From the NCBI GenBank assembly GCA_902771095.1, contig CACXVH010000005.1:8085-72084 (forward strand): DNA of 64,000 nt, written 5' to 3'. Position 1 is the first letter of the stretch, and every line of letters begins with the position of its first letter. Under the pieces are notes generated by a model. It was not told where the DNA came from, did not search any database, and worked only from the letters and a program-made list of their open reading frames with translations. Origin of the DNA: an uncultured Pseudomonadota bacterium (lineage in GTDB: Bacteria; Pseudomonadota; Alphaproteobacteria; Rs-D84). The translations under genes were made by a program, and so were the position numbers. Of this stretch, positions 30,826 through 40,700 are shown piece by piece.

Positions 30826-32097
30826 GTGTCTGAACTTGTTCCGATTTTGAACAAAAACCAAATGGATGCGTTTAATACAATTGAACGCACGCATTCTAAT
30901 ATTTTGATTCTGGGGCAGGCGGGAACTGGTAAATCAACATTTGTTCAATTCCTTAAAACTGCATCCAGCAAACGCATAGTGTGTGCGTGTCCAACTGCGG
31001 TGTCTGCTTTGAATATCGGGGGGCAGACGATACATTCTTTGTTTCAAATTCAACCACGTGATTTCATTATGCCAGAGCTTTTGAAATTAAAGGCAAAACC
31101 ACGTAATATCTTAAATGCGACTGATATTTTGGTGATTGATGAAATATCTATGGTTGCGCCTGATTTATTGGATGCAATTGATATCTTGGCGCGCATGGCA
31201 CGTCATAACAATGAACCCTTTGGCGGAATTCAAATTGTTGCAATTGGTGATATGTTTCAGTTGCCACCAGTAATCACGCGCGATAGTGAGCAATACTATG
31301 AAACCGCATACGAACATAAAAACGCGTATTTTTTTGATTCTAATGTGTATAAGCGCGCGGACTTTATAAAGTATGATTTTGATACTGTGTATCGCCAAAG
31401 TGATGCAGATTTATTAAAACATTTGATTCAACTGCGTAATAATGACAAAAGTGCCATAGATTTTTTTAACGCATGTAAAATAGAAGATGAAAACGCGCGT
31501 AAAAATGCCGTGATAATCACTCCGTTTCGCGCTGTCGCAGAACGCATAAACGCGGAAAGATTAAGCCAAATAAATGCGCCAGAGGTTGAATATGTTGGTG
31601 TGTTGGACGGTTCTTTTAATGCAAACGATGTCCCTGCACCGATGAATCTTAAATTAAAGCAGGGCGCACTGGTTATGTTCGTCAAAAACGGCGATAAATG
31701 GCATAATGGCTCTGTCGGAATTGTTGAACATCTTGGTGCCAAAGAAATCATAGTCCAATTGTTGGATGATGATAAAAATGATATTGTTGTGGTAAAACCA
31801 GAAAAGTGGGAAAAAATAGAATATTCGCGTGATGAAAACGACCGCATAATTGAAAATGAAATTGGATCATACAAACAATTTCCTTTAATGTTGGGTTATG
31901 CTATGACTATTCACAAGGCCCAAGGTAAAACATTATCAAAGGTTATAATTGATATTTCGCGTGGCGCTTTTGCACACGGTCAAACCTATGTCGCGTTATC
32001 GCGAACAAGACATGCAAAAGATATGCATATCATTAAACCATTAACACCGCGGGATATTATCTTTGATAAACGGATTTTGGATTTTGTAGAAAATTAA
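30826..32097 (+). CDS. PIF1/RecD-like SF1B DNA helicase
   Basis: Walker A GQAGTGKST, IHSLF, LVIDEISMV, GDMFQLPPV and a C-terminal MTIHKAQGKT...YVALSRT. The start is uncertain: GTG 30826 is chosen, and the TTG at 30766 looks like a promoter box. Confidence 0.7.
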   Translation: MSELVPILNKNQMDAFNTIERTHSNILILGQAGTGKSTFVQFLKTASSKRIVCACPTAVSALNIGGQTIHSLFQIQPRDFIMPELLKLKAKPRNILNATDILVIDEISMVAPDLLDAIDILARMARHNNEPFGGIQIVAIGDMFQLPPVITRDSEQYYETAYEHKNAYFFDSNVYKRADFIKYDFDTVYRQSDADLLKHLIQLRNNDKSAIDFFNACKIEDENARKNAVIITPFRAVAERINAERLSQINAPEVEYVGVLDGSFNANDVPAPMNLKLKQGALVMFVKNGDKWHNGSVGIVEHLGAKEIIVQLLDDDKNDIVVVKPEKWEKIEYSRDENDRIIENEIGSYKQFPLMLGYAMTIHKAQGKTLSKVIIDISRGAFAHGQTYVALSRTRHAKDMHIIKPLTPRDIIFDKRILDFVEN

Positions 32098-32389
32098 GCA
32101 CTTGCGTTTTTTTGTTCATATTAATTTTGATATTATCTTTTACAAAATATAACAGTGTTTTCGGTGTTGGATTTTTAAAAAAATATTCAACGAATAAATC
32201 TTCTTTTGCACCATCTTTTGTCACGATATTAAATTCAAGTTTTATTCTATAAAGTATATCAAGTAAATCAAGTGAATCCATACCAAGTTCTTGAACCAAA
32301 TTTGTATTCAATTTGATAGAACTTTTTTCACATGCAAGCAGTTCGGATATAAGTTTTTGTATTCTTTCAAATATTTCTTTTTCGTTCAT
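32057..32389 (-). CDS. acyl-carrier-protein-like (phosphopantetheine-binding) protein with C-terminal extension
   Basis: LVQELGMDSLDLLDILYRIKLEFNI contains the DSL attachment motif. Its 3' end overlaps the helicase 3' end by about 40 nt in convergent orientation. Confidence 0.5.
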   Translation of the reverse strand: MNEKEIFERIQKLISELLACEKSSIKLNTNLVQELGMDSLDLLDILYRIKLEFNIVTKDGAKEDLFVEYFFKNPTPKTLLYFVKDNIKINMNKKTQVLNFLQNPKSVYQR

Positions 32390-32403
32390 TTTGTTATCCT
32401 TTG

Positions 32404-32790
32404 TTAAATGGTTTTTGCCATTAAAATTGCGTCCACGCCATCATAGTATTTTGGGCGCGACCCGACCACTTTGAACCCCATACTTTCATATAATTTCTTG
32501 GCTGGCTCATTGTTTAAAGCAACTTCTAAAAATATTTTTTTAACCCCTTGGTTTTTGAGGTTTTTTTCAATTATTCCAATCATTGCAGATGCGATACCGT
32601 TGCGCCGCATTTCGGGGTTGACACCGATGGTTATTATCTCTGCTTCGTCCACTGCAATTCTGTAAACGATAAAGCCATTTTCAGACATAATAATTTCGCA
32701 TCCAGAATTTTTCAAATCACGAAAATCTTCCGCCGACCAAGGACGATTTGGAAAACATTTTTGATGAAGATGTGCGAGTTCAGTAAACAT
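32404..32790 (-). CDS. rimI: GNAT acetyltransferase, RimI-like
   Basis: IGVNPEMRRNGIASAMI...LEVALNNEPAKKLYESMGF is a GNAT core. It lies near tsaB, as is usual for rimI. Confidence 0.65.
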   Translation of the reverse strand: MFTELAHLHQKCFPNRPWSAEDFRDLKNSGCEIIMSENGFIVYRIAVDEAEIITIGVNPEMRRNGIASAMIGIIEKNLKNQGVKKIFLEVALNNEPAKKLYESMGFKVVGSRPKYYDGVDAILMAKTI

Positions 32791-32793
32791 TGT

Positions 32794-33120
32794 TTAACGA
32801 TGTTGATTATTGTATAATTGTTCCATGTAAAGAAAAATTTTTTCTGCCAATTTTGTGTTTGCTTGGTTAAGGATAACTCTGTTGCTGCTACCCATCCATA
32901 AAGACACAAAATGAAAAACATTTTTTTCAACCGCAATGTCTACTGTACTGCTTTCTATTTTAAATGGGTACTCTGTATAAAAAGTATGTTTTTCTAGATT
33001 GAATTGAATGTTTTTGCTGTATGTATCAAGTATTATATACAAAGCATTTTCGGAAAAGCCAGTATTCAAAATTTTTTTGGCCTTTATCAAATTTTTTATT
33101 TGTTTTATATTTGATGCCAT
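32794..33120 (-). CDS. hypothetical protein
   Basis: 108-aa ORF packed between tsaB and rimI. No recognisable motif. Confidence 0.4.
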   Translation of the reverse strand: MASNIKQIKNLIKAKKILNTGFSENALYIILDTYSKNIQFNLEKHTFYTEYPFKIESSTVDIAVEKNVFHFVSLWMGSSNRVILNQANTKLAEKIFLYMEQLYNNQHR

Positions 33121-33135
33121 ATCTTTTATCCTTTT

Positions 33136-33666
33136 TTATTTTTCGGCATAACTTGGTCGTAAATACATCGGTATAACAGGTTCGATTTTTTTGTTTTTAA
33201 TTTTATCTTCGACTATGTTTTTTGCGTGCATTAAATTGTATGGTTTATGACCAACTGTCATCGGACATTTCATTTGTTCTGTTTCGATTTCATCAATTGT
33301 CATAGTGCATGGTTCGTGTAATTTTGATGCCGCAAAGAAATCGCCACGACCAGAATCAATCGCGACAAATGCATCTGGATTTTCATACAAATACAATTCA
33401 AAAAGATTAACGGGTATAACAGGAATATTTAGCCCGATTCCTAAACCTTTGGCATATGCTATTCCCATACGAATCCCAGTGAAAGAACCAGGCCCAACAA
33501 CAACACCAACCGCTGTTAAATCAGACATTTTGACATTGTTTTGTTCCATAAAGTTCATAACAGCGGTCGGCAATCCAATCGCCTGTTTTTCAGCGTCCAC
33601 ATGCGACGATTTGTCGCCCAACACTAAATCTATACCGTTTCCCGAAGTATTTATAACTAAAATCAT
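33136..33666 (-). CDS. tsaB: tRNA t6A biosynthesis protein TsaB (YeaZ)
   Basis: MILVINTS...VGVVVGPGSFTGIRMGIAYAKGLG matches the TsaB pattern. Confidence 0.8.
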   Translation of the reverse strand: MILVINTSGNGIDLVLGDKSSHVDAEKQAIGLPTAVMNFMEQNNVKMSDLTAVGVVVGPGSFTGIRMGIAYAKGLGIGLNIPVIPVNLFELYLYENPDAFVAIDSGRGDFFAASKLHEPCTMTIDEIETEQMKCPMTVGHKPYNLMHAKNIVEDKIKNKKIEPVIPMYLRPSYAEK

Positions 33667-33677
33667 TTTTTTCGCCC

Positions 33678-35438
33678 TTATAATCTTGCGCTAAATCCGA
33701 TTTTTGATGATATACCTGGGTTTTTGTGCACAGATAATAATTCATCTATCTTATCAATTGTAAATTCTGTTCGGGTATCCATACCGTTGTTTTGTAATAA
33801 ACTGCGTCGCAGTATTGCAGCAATCTCGCGTTGTAATTCGCGGACCCCTTGTTCGCTGGTAAAATTTCTGATTATATGCGCAATCGCATCATCGCTAATC
33901 ACAATATTGTTTACATCCCACCCAGTATCATTTGCAGCGCGCTTTATCAAATGTTCGCGGGCAATCTTGATTTTTTCATCTTCGCTGTATCCTGGAATTT
34001 CAATGATTTCCATACGGTCTTTTAATGCAGAAGACATATTCAAAGAATTAGATGTCGCAATAAACAAAACATTTGATAAATCAAAATCAACTTCTAAATA
34101 ATGGTCGCGGAAAGTTTTGTTTTGTTCTGGGTCTAATACTTCTAACAAGGCAGATTCTGGATCACCGCGCCAATCGCGACCCATTTTATCAATTTCGTCC
34201 AAAACAATCACTGGGTTATTAGATTTGCACCGTTTCAGCGCGTCCATAATACGACCACATTGCGCGCCGATATATGTTTTTCGATGTCCACGAAAATGCG
34301 CTTCGTCCGATATGCCACCAAGTGAGATTCTGCAATATTTGCGTCCCAGTGCGTTTGCAATAGATTTACAAAGAGATGTTTTTCCAACCCCAGGTGCACC
34401 AACAAAACAAAGGATAGAACCACTGTTTTTACCTGTCTTTTTCATTACGGCAATGTGTTCCAGTATACGCTCTTTAACGCCAGCCATCCCAGAATGTTCT
34501 GAATCTAAAATTGTCCGCGCATTTTGTAAATCAATTGGTGCGTTGTCTGATTTGCCCCATGGCATCGCCAACAATTCTTCGATATATGTTTTAAGCAAAG
34601 CACCTTCTTGGGACATGGGTGACATGGCGCGCATGCGTTTGAATTCAGACAGTGCTTTTTCTTTTGCTTCGGTTGGCATATTTGATTGAGCGATTTGTTT
34701 GCGTAAATTGTTTGTGTTTGTTTCGTCATCTGTATCTTCGCCCAATTCGCGCTGTATCGCACGCATTTTTTCTTGTAAAATTGCTTGTCTTTGACCACCT
34801 TCCATTTGATTTTGAACGCGGCGGTTTATACTTGCCTCGATTTTTTCTGTTTCGATAGATATTGTCACTTGTTCCAGTAAAGCAATTAATTTTTCATGCC
34901 AAGTTTGTTTTTTCAAAATATTCAAAGCGACACTGGTTTCAAGATGAATCATCTGCATCACAGCATCAACAAACGCAGGCATAGGATAATTTTGAATAAT
35001 TGCCTGAATTTTATCTGTTTTTAATTTGTGTTGACTGGACAAAACCTGCAAGGCATTCATAATTTTATCGCGCAATGCTATGTTTTGGTCTGAATCGCAA
35101 TCGTTTGATATATCCAAAGGTGTTGCTTCGCCAAAAAAGACACCATGATTAACGGTAATATTAGATAAATTCACAACTTTTTCAGTTTTTATTATTGCAT
35201 GAACTGCGCCATCTGGCATACGCAAAACTTGTGCTATTTCGCCCAAGGTCCCTGTTTCAAAAATATCATCTGGGGTGGATGGGTATGCCCAACCATGTTG
35301 TGGACACAAAACCAAAGTGTGACTGTGTGCCACAGCCGATTCAATACAATCAATAGATATCGGATTATCAACATACACCGGAACCGTCAGGCCAGGATGA
35401 ACGACTAAATCACGAACAGGTAAAATATATTCTTTCAT
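33678..35438 (-). CDS. LonA-like protein with the LON N-domain and AAA+ module but no protease domain
   Basis: ILPVRDLVVHPGLTVPVYV (LON N-domain), GAPGVGKTSL, VIVLDEIDKM, DPESALLEVLDPEQN and GVRELQREI. The ORF stops about 40 aa later. No PKDGPSAG-type Ser protease region is present, and tsaB starts 12 nt downstream. Confidence 0.8.
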   Translation of the reverse strand: MKEYILPVRDLVVHPGLTVPVYVDNPISIDCIESAVAHSHTLVLCPQHGWAYPSTPDDIFETGTLGEIAQVLRMPDGAVHAIIKTEKVVNLSNITVNHGVFFGEATPLDISNDCDSDQNIALRDKIMNALQVLSSQHKLKTDKIQAIIQNYPMPAFVDAVMQMIHLETSVALNILKKQTWHEKLIALLEQVTISIETEKIEASINRRVQNQMEGGQRQAILQEKMRAIQRELGEDTDDETNTNNLRKQIAQSNMPTEAKEKALSEFKRMRAMSPMSQEGALLKTYIEELLAMPWGKSDNAPIDLQNARTILDSEHSGMAGVKERILEHIAVMKKTGKNSGSILCFVGAPGVGKTSLCKSIANALGRKYCRISLGGISDEAHFRGHRKTYIGAQCGRIMDALKRCKSNNPVIVLDEIDKMGRDWRGDPESALLEVLDPEQNKTFRDHYLEVDFDLSNVLFIATSNSLNMSSALKDRMEIIEIPGYSEDEKIKIAREHLIKRAANDTGWDVNNIVISDDAIAHIIRNFTSEQGVRELQREIAAILRRSLLQNNGMDTRTEFTIDKIDELLSVHKNPGISSKIGFSARL

Positions 35439-35529
35439 AGCAATTCTAAATATAGAATATTTTACAAGATTTGCAAGACATAAAAAAATTCCCCACATTT
35501 TGTGGGGAATTATCAATTTTTACTGTCGA

Positions 35530-35763
35530 TTAACGACGGCGAAAACCATTGTTGTGCATAGCAACATTGTTGCTGCTGGACTTTTTTGATAAATAACGCG
35601 CAGCAATTAAAACCAGCCATTCAACTGCCAATAATGCCAAACCGATGACCTGTTCTTGGCAAGTGTCCAAGTATGCCAACACATAAACAAATTGAGCAAT
35701 ATAAGATAAATACAAAACGCCAAAGACGCCTGTAAAGAATATTTTTTTAATTTTTCCAAACAT
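35530..35763 (-). CDS. small two-TM membrane protein
   Basis: Two hydrophobic helices and a basic tail. AAAGGAAC lies upstream of the ATG. Confidence 0.4.
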   Translation of the reverse strand: MFGKIKKIFFTGVFGVLYLSYIAQFVYVLAYLDTCQEQVIGLALLAVEWLVLIAARYLSKKSSSNNVAMHNNGFRRR

Positions 35764-35794
35764 TTTTTGTTCCTTTTATTTGTTCATATTTAGT

Positions 35795-36111
35795 TATCGG
35801 GTTTCTGGTGCCAGGTACCCGATGAACCCCGCAAAAGCTAAACGAAATATATCAACAATTGCCAATATATTTCAAAGCCGTATTAGGCAGCCATTGCAAA
35901 GCGAACATTGTCGTTCGCAGCGATTCTATCGCCATTCAGTTTTTATTTAGTTTTTACGGAACCACCCGGATTCAATCGATTTGCCTTTATTTCGCCTGTC
36001 GAAACTATGTCAGCCCCATAGATAAAATTGGTGGAGCTGTGGGGTACCGCCCCCCAGTCCAAAACGATTATTCCGCAACGAATTCAGAATCATCACCATT
36101 TTTCAACGGCA
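35795..36111 (-). ncRNA. ssrA: two-piece (circularly permuted) tmRNA gene: acceptor piece about 36111-36029, 11-nt spacer, coding piece 36017 to about 35795
   Basis: The minus strand reads ...GGAC-TGGGG-GGCGGTA-CCCCA-CAGCTCCACCA, then attttatctat, then GGGGCTGACATAGTTTCGACAGGCG... The G3:U70 pair is present. The tag ORF at 35921-35883 is GCT GCG AAC GAC AAT GTT CGC TTT GCA ATG GCT GCC TAA, giving AANDNVRFAMAA. The outer ends are approximate. Confidence 0.85.
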
Positions 36112-36117
36112 ATGTAT

Positions 36118-36146
36118 ATTATAAATATTCTTACTGGAAATTGCAA
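36118..36146 (-). promoter_or_regulatory. sigma70-type promoter of ssrA
   Basis: On the minus strand: TTGCAA (36146-36141), 17 nt, TATAAT (36123-36118). Confidence 0.55.
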
Positions 36147-36154
36147 GTTTTTAA

Positions 36155-37186
<1,032 letters not shown>

Positions 37187-37198
37187 AAGGAAATTGAT

Positions 37199-37750
37199 AT
37201 GATGGAAACAATGAAAGTTAAAAATCCACTTTCTGATTTTTGGAAATCACCAAAGGACGGTCACAAATTGACATGGGACCAAGCGACTGCATTTTTTATT
37301 ACAACTTTTTTGCATGATTTGAACCAAGGTGTATATGCAATAGATGAAAAGTTGAATAAAATCAAACTGGGTGAAGAGGGTGCAGAACATTATGATGTGG
37401 ACAAAGTTGCGGGATTTTGGCGCATTCAAAAAAAACTGCCATATAAAATCACGCGTGTTCGTGATAAAGATATGGTTTTGATAAAGAAATTAGACAGGGT
37501 GGAAAACACTTTGTTTGAATTTTGGTCTGCGAAAATGGTTAATTATAATTGCTATGGCCCGTTTGTCATAGATTATGAAAGACCTGATTACATTGTTGCG
37601 CAATATGAAACGGACAGGGAAACTTACCTTGGCTATGGTCAAACGATAGAGGCAGCACGCGCATATTTGGGATTAAAACTTTATGACGAATACAAAGAAG
37701 TAATAAATGCCATTGCTTGCAAAAATAAAATAAAGAAAACATCAAGATAA
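37199..37750 (+). CDS. hypothetical protein
   Basis: 183-aa ORF 12 nt after obg, preceded by AAAGGAAA. No recognisable motif. Confidence 0.45.
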   Translation: MMETMKVKNPLSDFWKSPKDGHKLTWDQATAFFITTFLHDLNQGVYAIDEKLNKIKLGEEGAEHYDVDKVAGFWRIQKKLPYKITRVRDKDMVLIKKLDRVENTLFEFWSAKMVNYNCYGPFVIDYERPDYIVAQYETDRETYLGYGQTIEAARAYLGLKLYDEYKEVINAIACKNKIKKTSR

Positions 37751-37752
37751 AA

Positions 37753-37777
37753 AAGCCCCAAATCTGGGGCTTTTTTA
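37753..37777. terminator. bidirectional rho-independent terminator between convergent genes
   Basis: AAAAA-GCCCCA-AATC-TGGGGC-TTTTTT. Confidence 0.65.
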
Positions 37778-37789
37778 TTATATTCAGCA

Positions 37790-40700
37790 TTATATATGAC
37801 CGAATGCCGCTTCTCTAAATTCCGAGGAATTCTGTATACCTTCCGCGCAATTCAGTGCACAAACATTTTCACAATCTATTTGACCTGGTTCATCTATATA
37901 TACCCAATTCGGATGTGATATAGTGCATTGGTCCTCGTATCCTTCATAACTGGTTATTCCACACCAACAATATCCGCCCGCGGTTGTGGACGGGGTGCCA
38001 TGTTGCCCCTGGGTGGTGCCGGATGTGGTACTGCATCTGGCTTCGCCATAAATAGTCCCCCAATCAAATTCTGTTGCAAAAGTATTTGTTTGGGTTAAGT
38101 TATACTCCCCGGTATTACTCGAATTTGAATTACCATCAACATAGCCGTAACCTATTCCATCTGAACCTGTTTCCAAACCATATAAACTGCATAATTTCCA
38201 CCCCATAAAGACATAACCAGTCCGTGTGGGTTGTGGAACGGTCAGGGTAGAACCATAATTGCAAGAACTGGAATCCGAATCGAAATACACAGGGATATTA
38301 TTTCCGGTACAGTTTTTATAAACAGCGACATTACCTGTGATAGTGCCTGCCGCCCAACCAGTTGAAGCGCTGATGTTTCCATTTGTACATCCGTTCCAGC
38401 CATTGCAAGTATATCCTGTTCTGGTGGGTGTTGGCAAAGACACAGCGGCTGATGATGTATATGTTGTTGGGGTAAGACCGCTTAAAGCAGTGCTGCAATC
38501 AGAAGTATCATGATAAGTTATAGTATATGAAGATGCCTGACATGAAATATGGCTGTCCCAATAAGATTCATAGCCAGTGGTATATAGTTGCATACCAGAT
38601 GGACAGCCGGTAGATGTTGTCCTTAATGAACCAGTATTAGAGAATAATCCTTCCATCATATCTGTTGTATATGGATGGTTGTTTGCAATTAATCCTGCAA
38701 AGAAATCTGTTGGTATATATCCAGTTAACCCTGTACAGTTTGCGAATGTTTGCTGGAACATATTATTTGCTGTGGATGTAATTCGTGCAAACAACCCATC
38801 TGGCAGTGATGTTATTCCAGAACAACCATAAAACGTTCTGTTAAACATACCTGATTGACCTGTCACACTATTGCTGTTGTGAAAATTAAATAGTGTGGAT
38901 GGAATGTTTTGTAAACTACTGCAATAGGAAAAGGTGCCAGAAAACAGAGATGATGCACCAGATGTAATATTTGAAAACAGACCGGCTGGAATAGATGCTA
39001 AATTGGTACAATTTTTGAATGTCGCTTCAAACATACCGTCGTTCCCAGTTGCGATATGATTGCCAAAAGAAAACAAATCGGACGGTAAAGATGTCAATCC
39101 AGAACAGCCAAGAAATGTTTCCGCAAACATGTAGCTTCTGTCTAGCCCCCCAACTTGTTCAACTACCAGATCCTGAGTGAATGTAAACAGACCATTTGGC
39201 AATGATGTTAATCCAGAACAACCATAAAAAGTACTTAAAAACATAGATGTCCCACCGCCGGAAAAACTACCAAACAGACCGCTCGGTATGGAAGTCAACG
39301 AAGTGCAACCACTAAATGTTGAATTAAACATACCATGTGCACCCGCCACAGTGTTTCCACCAAAATTAAACAAACCACCTGGCAACTGTGTCAGACCAGA
39401 ACACCCAGCAAATGTGCTTTCAAACAAACCTGCTGCGCTGGATGTGACACGTGAAAACAAATTGGATGGAATTGCATTTGTCCCAGTTAGTCCGGTACAA
39501 TTAGCAAATGTTTCCGAAAACATGTAATCTGCCCCAGATACATTACTACCGTTGAAATTAAATAGACCACTTGGGATAGATGTTAATCCAGTACAGCCCC
39601 TAAATGTTTCATTAAACATAGAACTACCACCACCAGTCAAGGATGAAAACAAAGTGTTTGGAATTGATGTTAAATGTGTGCAATTTAGGAATGTCCCATT
39701 AAATCGCGGAAATTGCCCAACAGATGAACCAAGATATGGGAATATTTGTGACAAGCTACCGCTGATACTTGCCACCTTGGTGTGACTGTTGGTAACAGCA
39801 TTATAAAAACTAATTGCTGCATAGTTGGTATTATCGGTTGAATAATACGCAGTTGCCAAACCACCAAACCTTATCGTTTTTTGACCGTTGCTGGAATATC
39901 TACAGCTATATGTTTCAACAGTTGCGCTGTTCTTTGTGATTGTGTTACTAGGTATAATATATCTGTTAGGTCCTTCCAAATACAAAGCTCCGCCACTACC
40001 ACAATCAATATAAAAGGTTCCAACCGCAGATATATCAAACGTAAATGTTCTGTCACTTGCGGTCAAACTGGTTGTTGTTAAAGCGAATGGATAGGTAATC
40101 TGTGTCCATTGCGCAGTACATGTCACATTTGCCGCCGGCATTGGAAATGTCGAACCGGCCGCCTTGTTTCCGATACCTTGATTACAATTCCAGCCAGTGA
40201 ACATATAACCACTGGTTGGAGTAAATTCATTTGCTGGCAAAGTTATTGTGTCGCCATAATGTTTGTTGGTTTGACTGGACATTGTGCCACTGCCATTTGT
40301 CCCCGCCGCAAAAGATACAGTATAATTATTTTGTGTCCATTGTGCATAAAGTGTTTTGTCCGTGCTGAAATTAAAAGTATATTGCGTGTTGGCATTCATT
40401 GTTGTTCCTGTTCCATTCGCATTCCAAGTCCAATTCGCAAAAGTATAACCAGTTCTTGAACATGCATTTGATGCCGGGGTGGTAAATGTCCCGCCATTTG
40501 CCACTGTGCCTAATGGAAATGATGCTTCCGAAGCACCTTCGCCACTGTTACATTCGTATGATATGTTATATGTAGTATTAGATATATAACAAAGCCCAAT
40601 ATCATTATAGGTAGGGATATTCTCATAAACAGCTCTGGCACATTCCTCTGCACAATTATCCAAACAATTTTGCATATAGCCCATATCGCTGTATCCTTGG

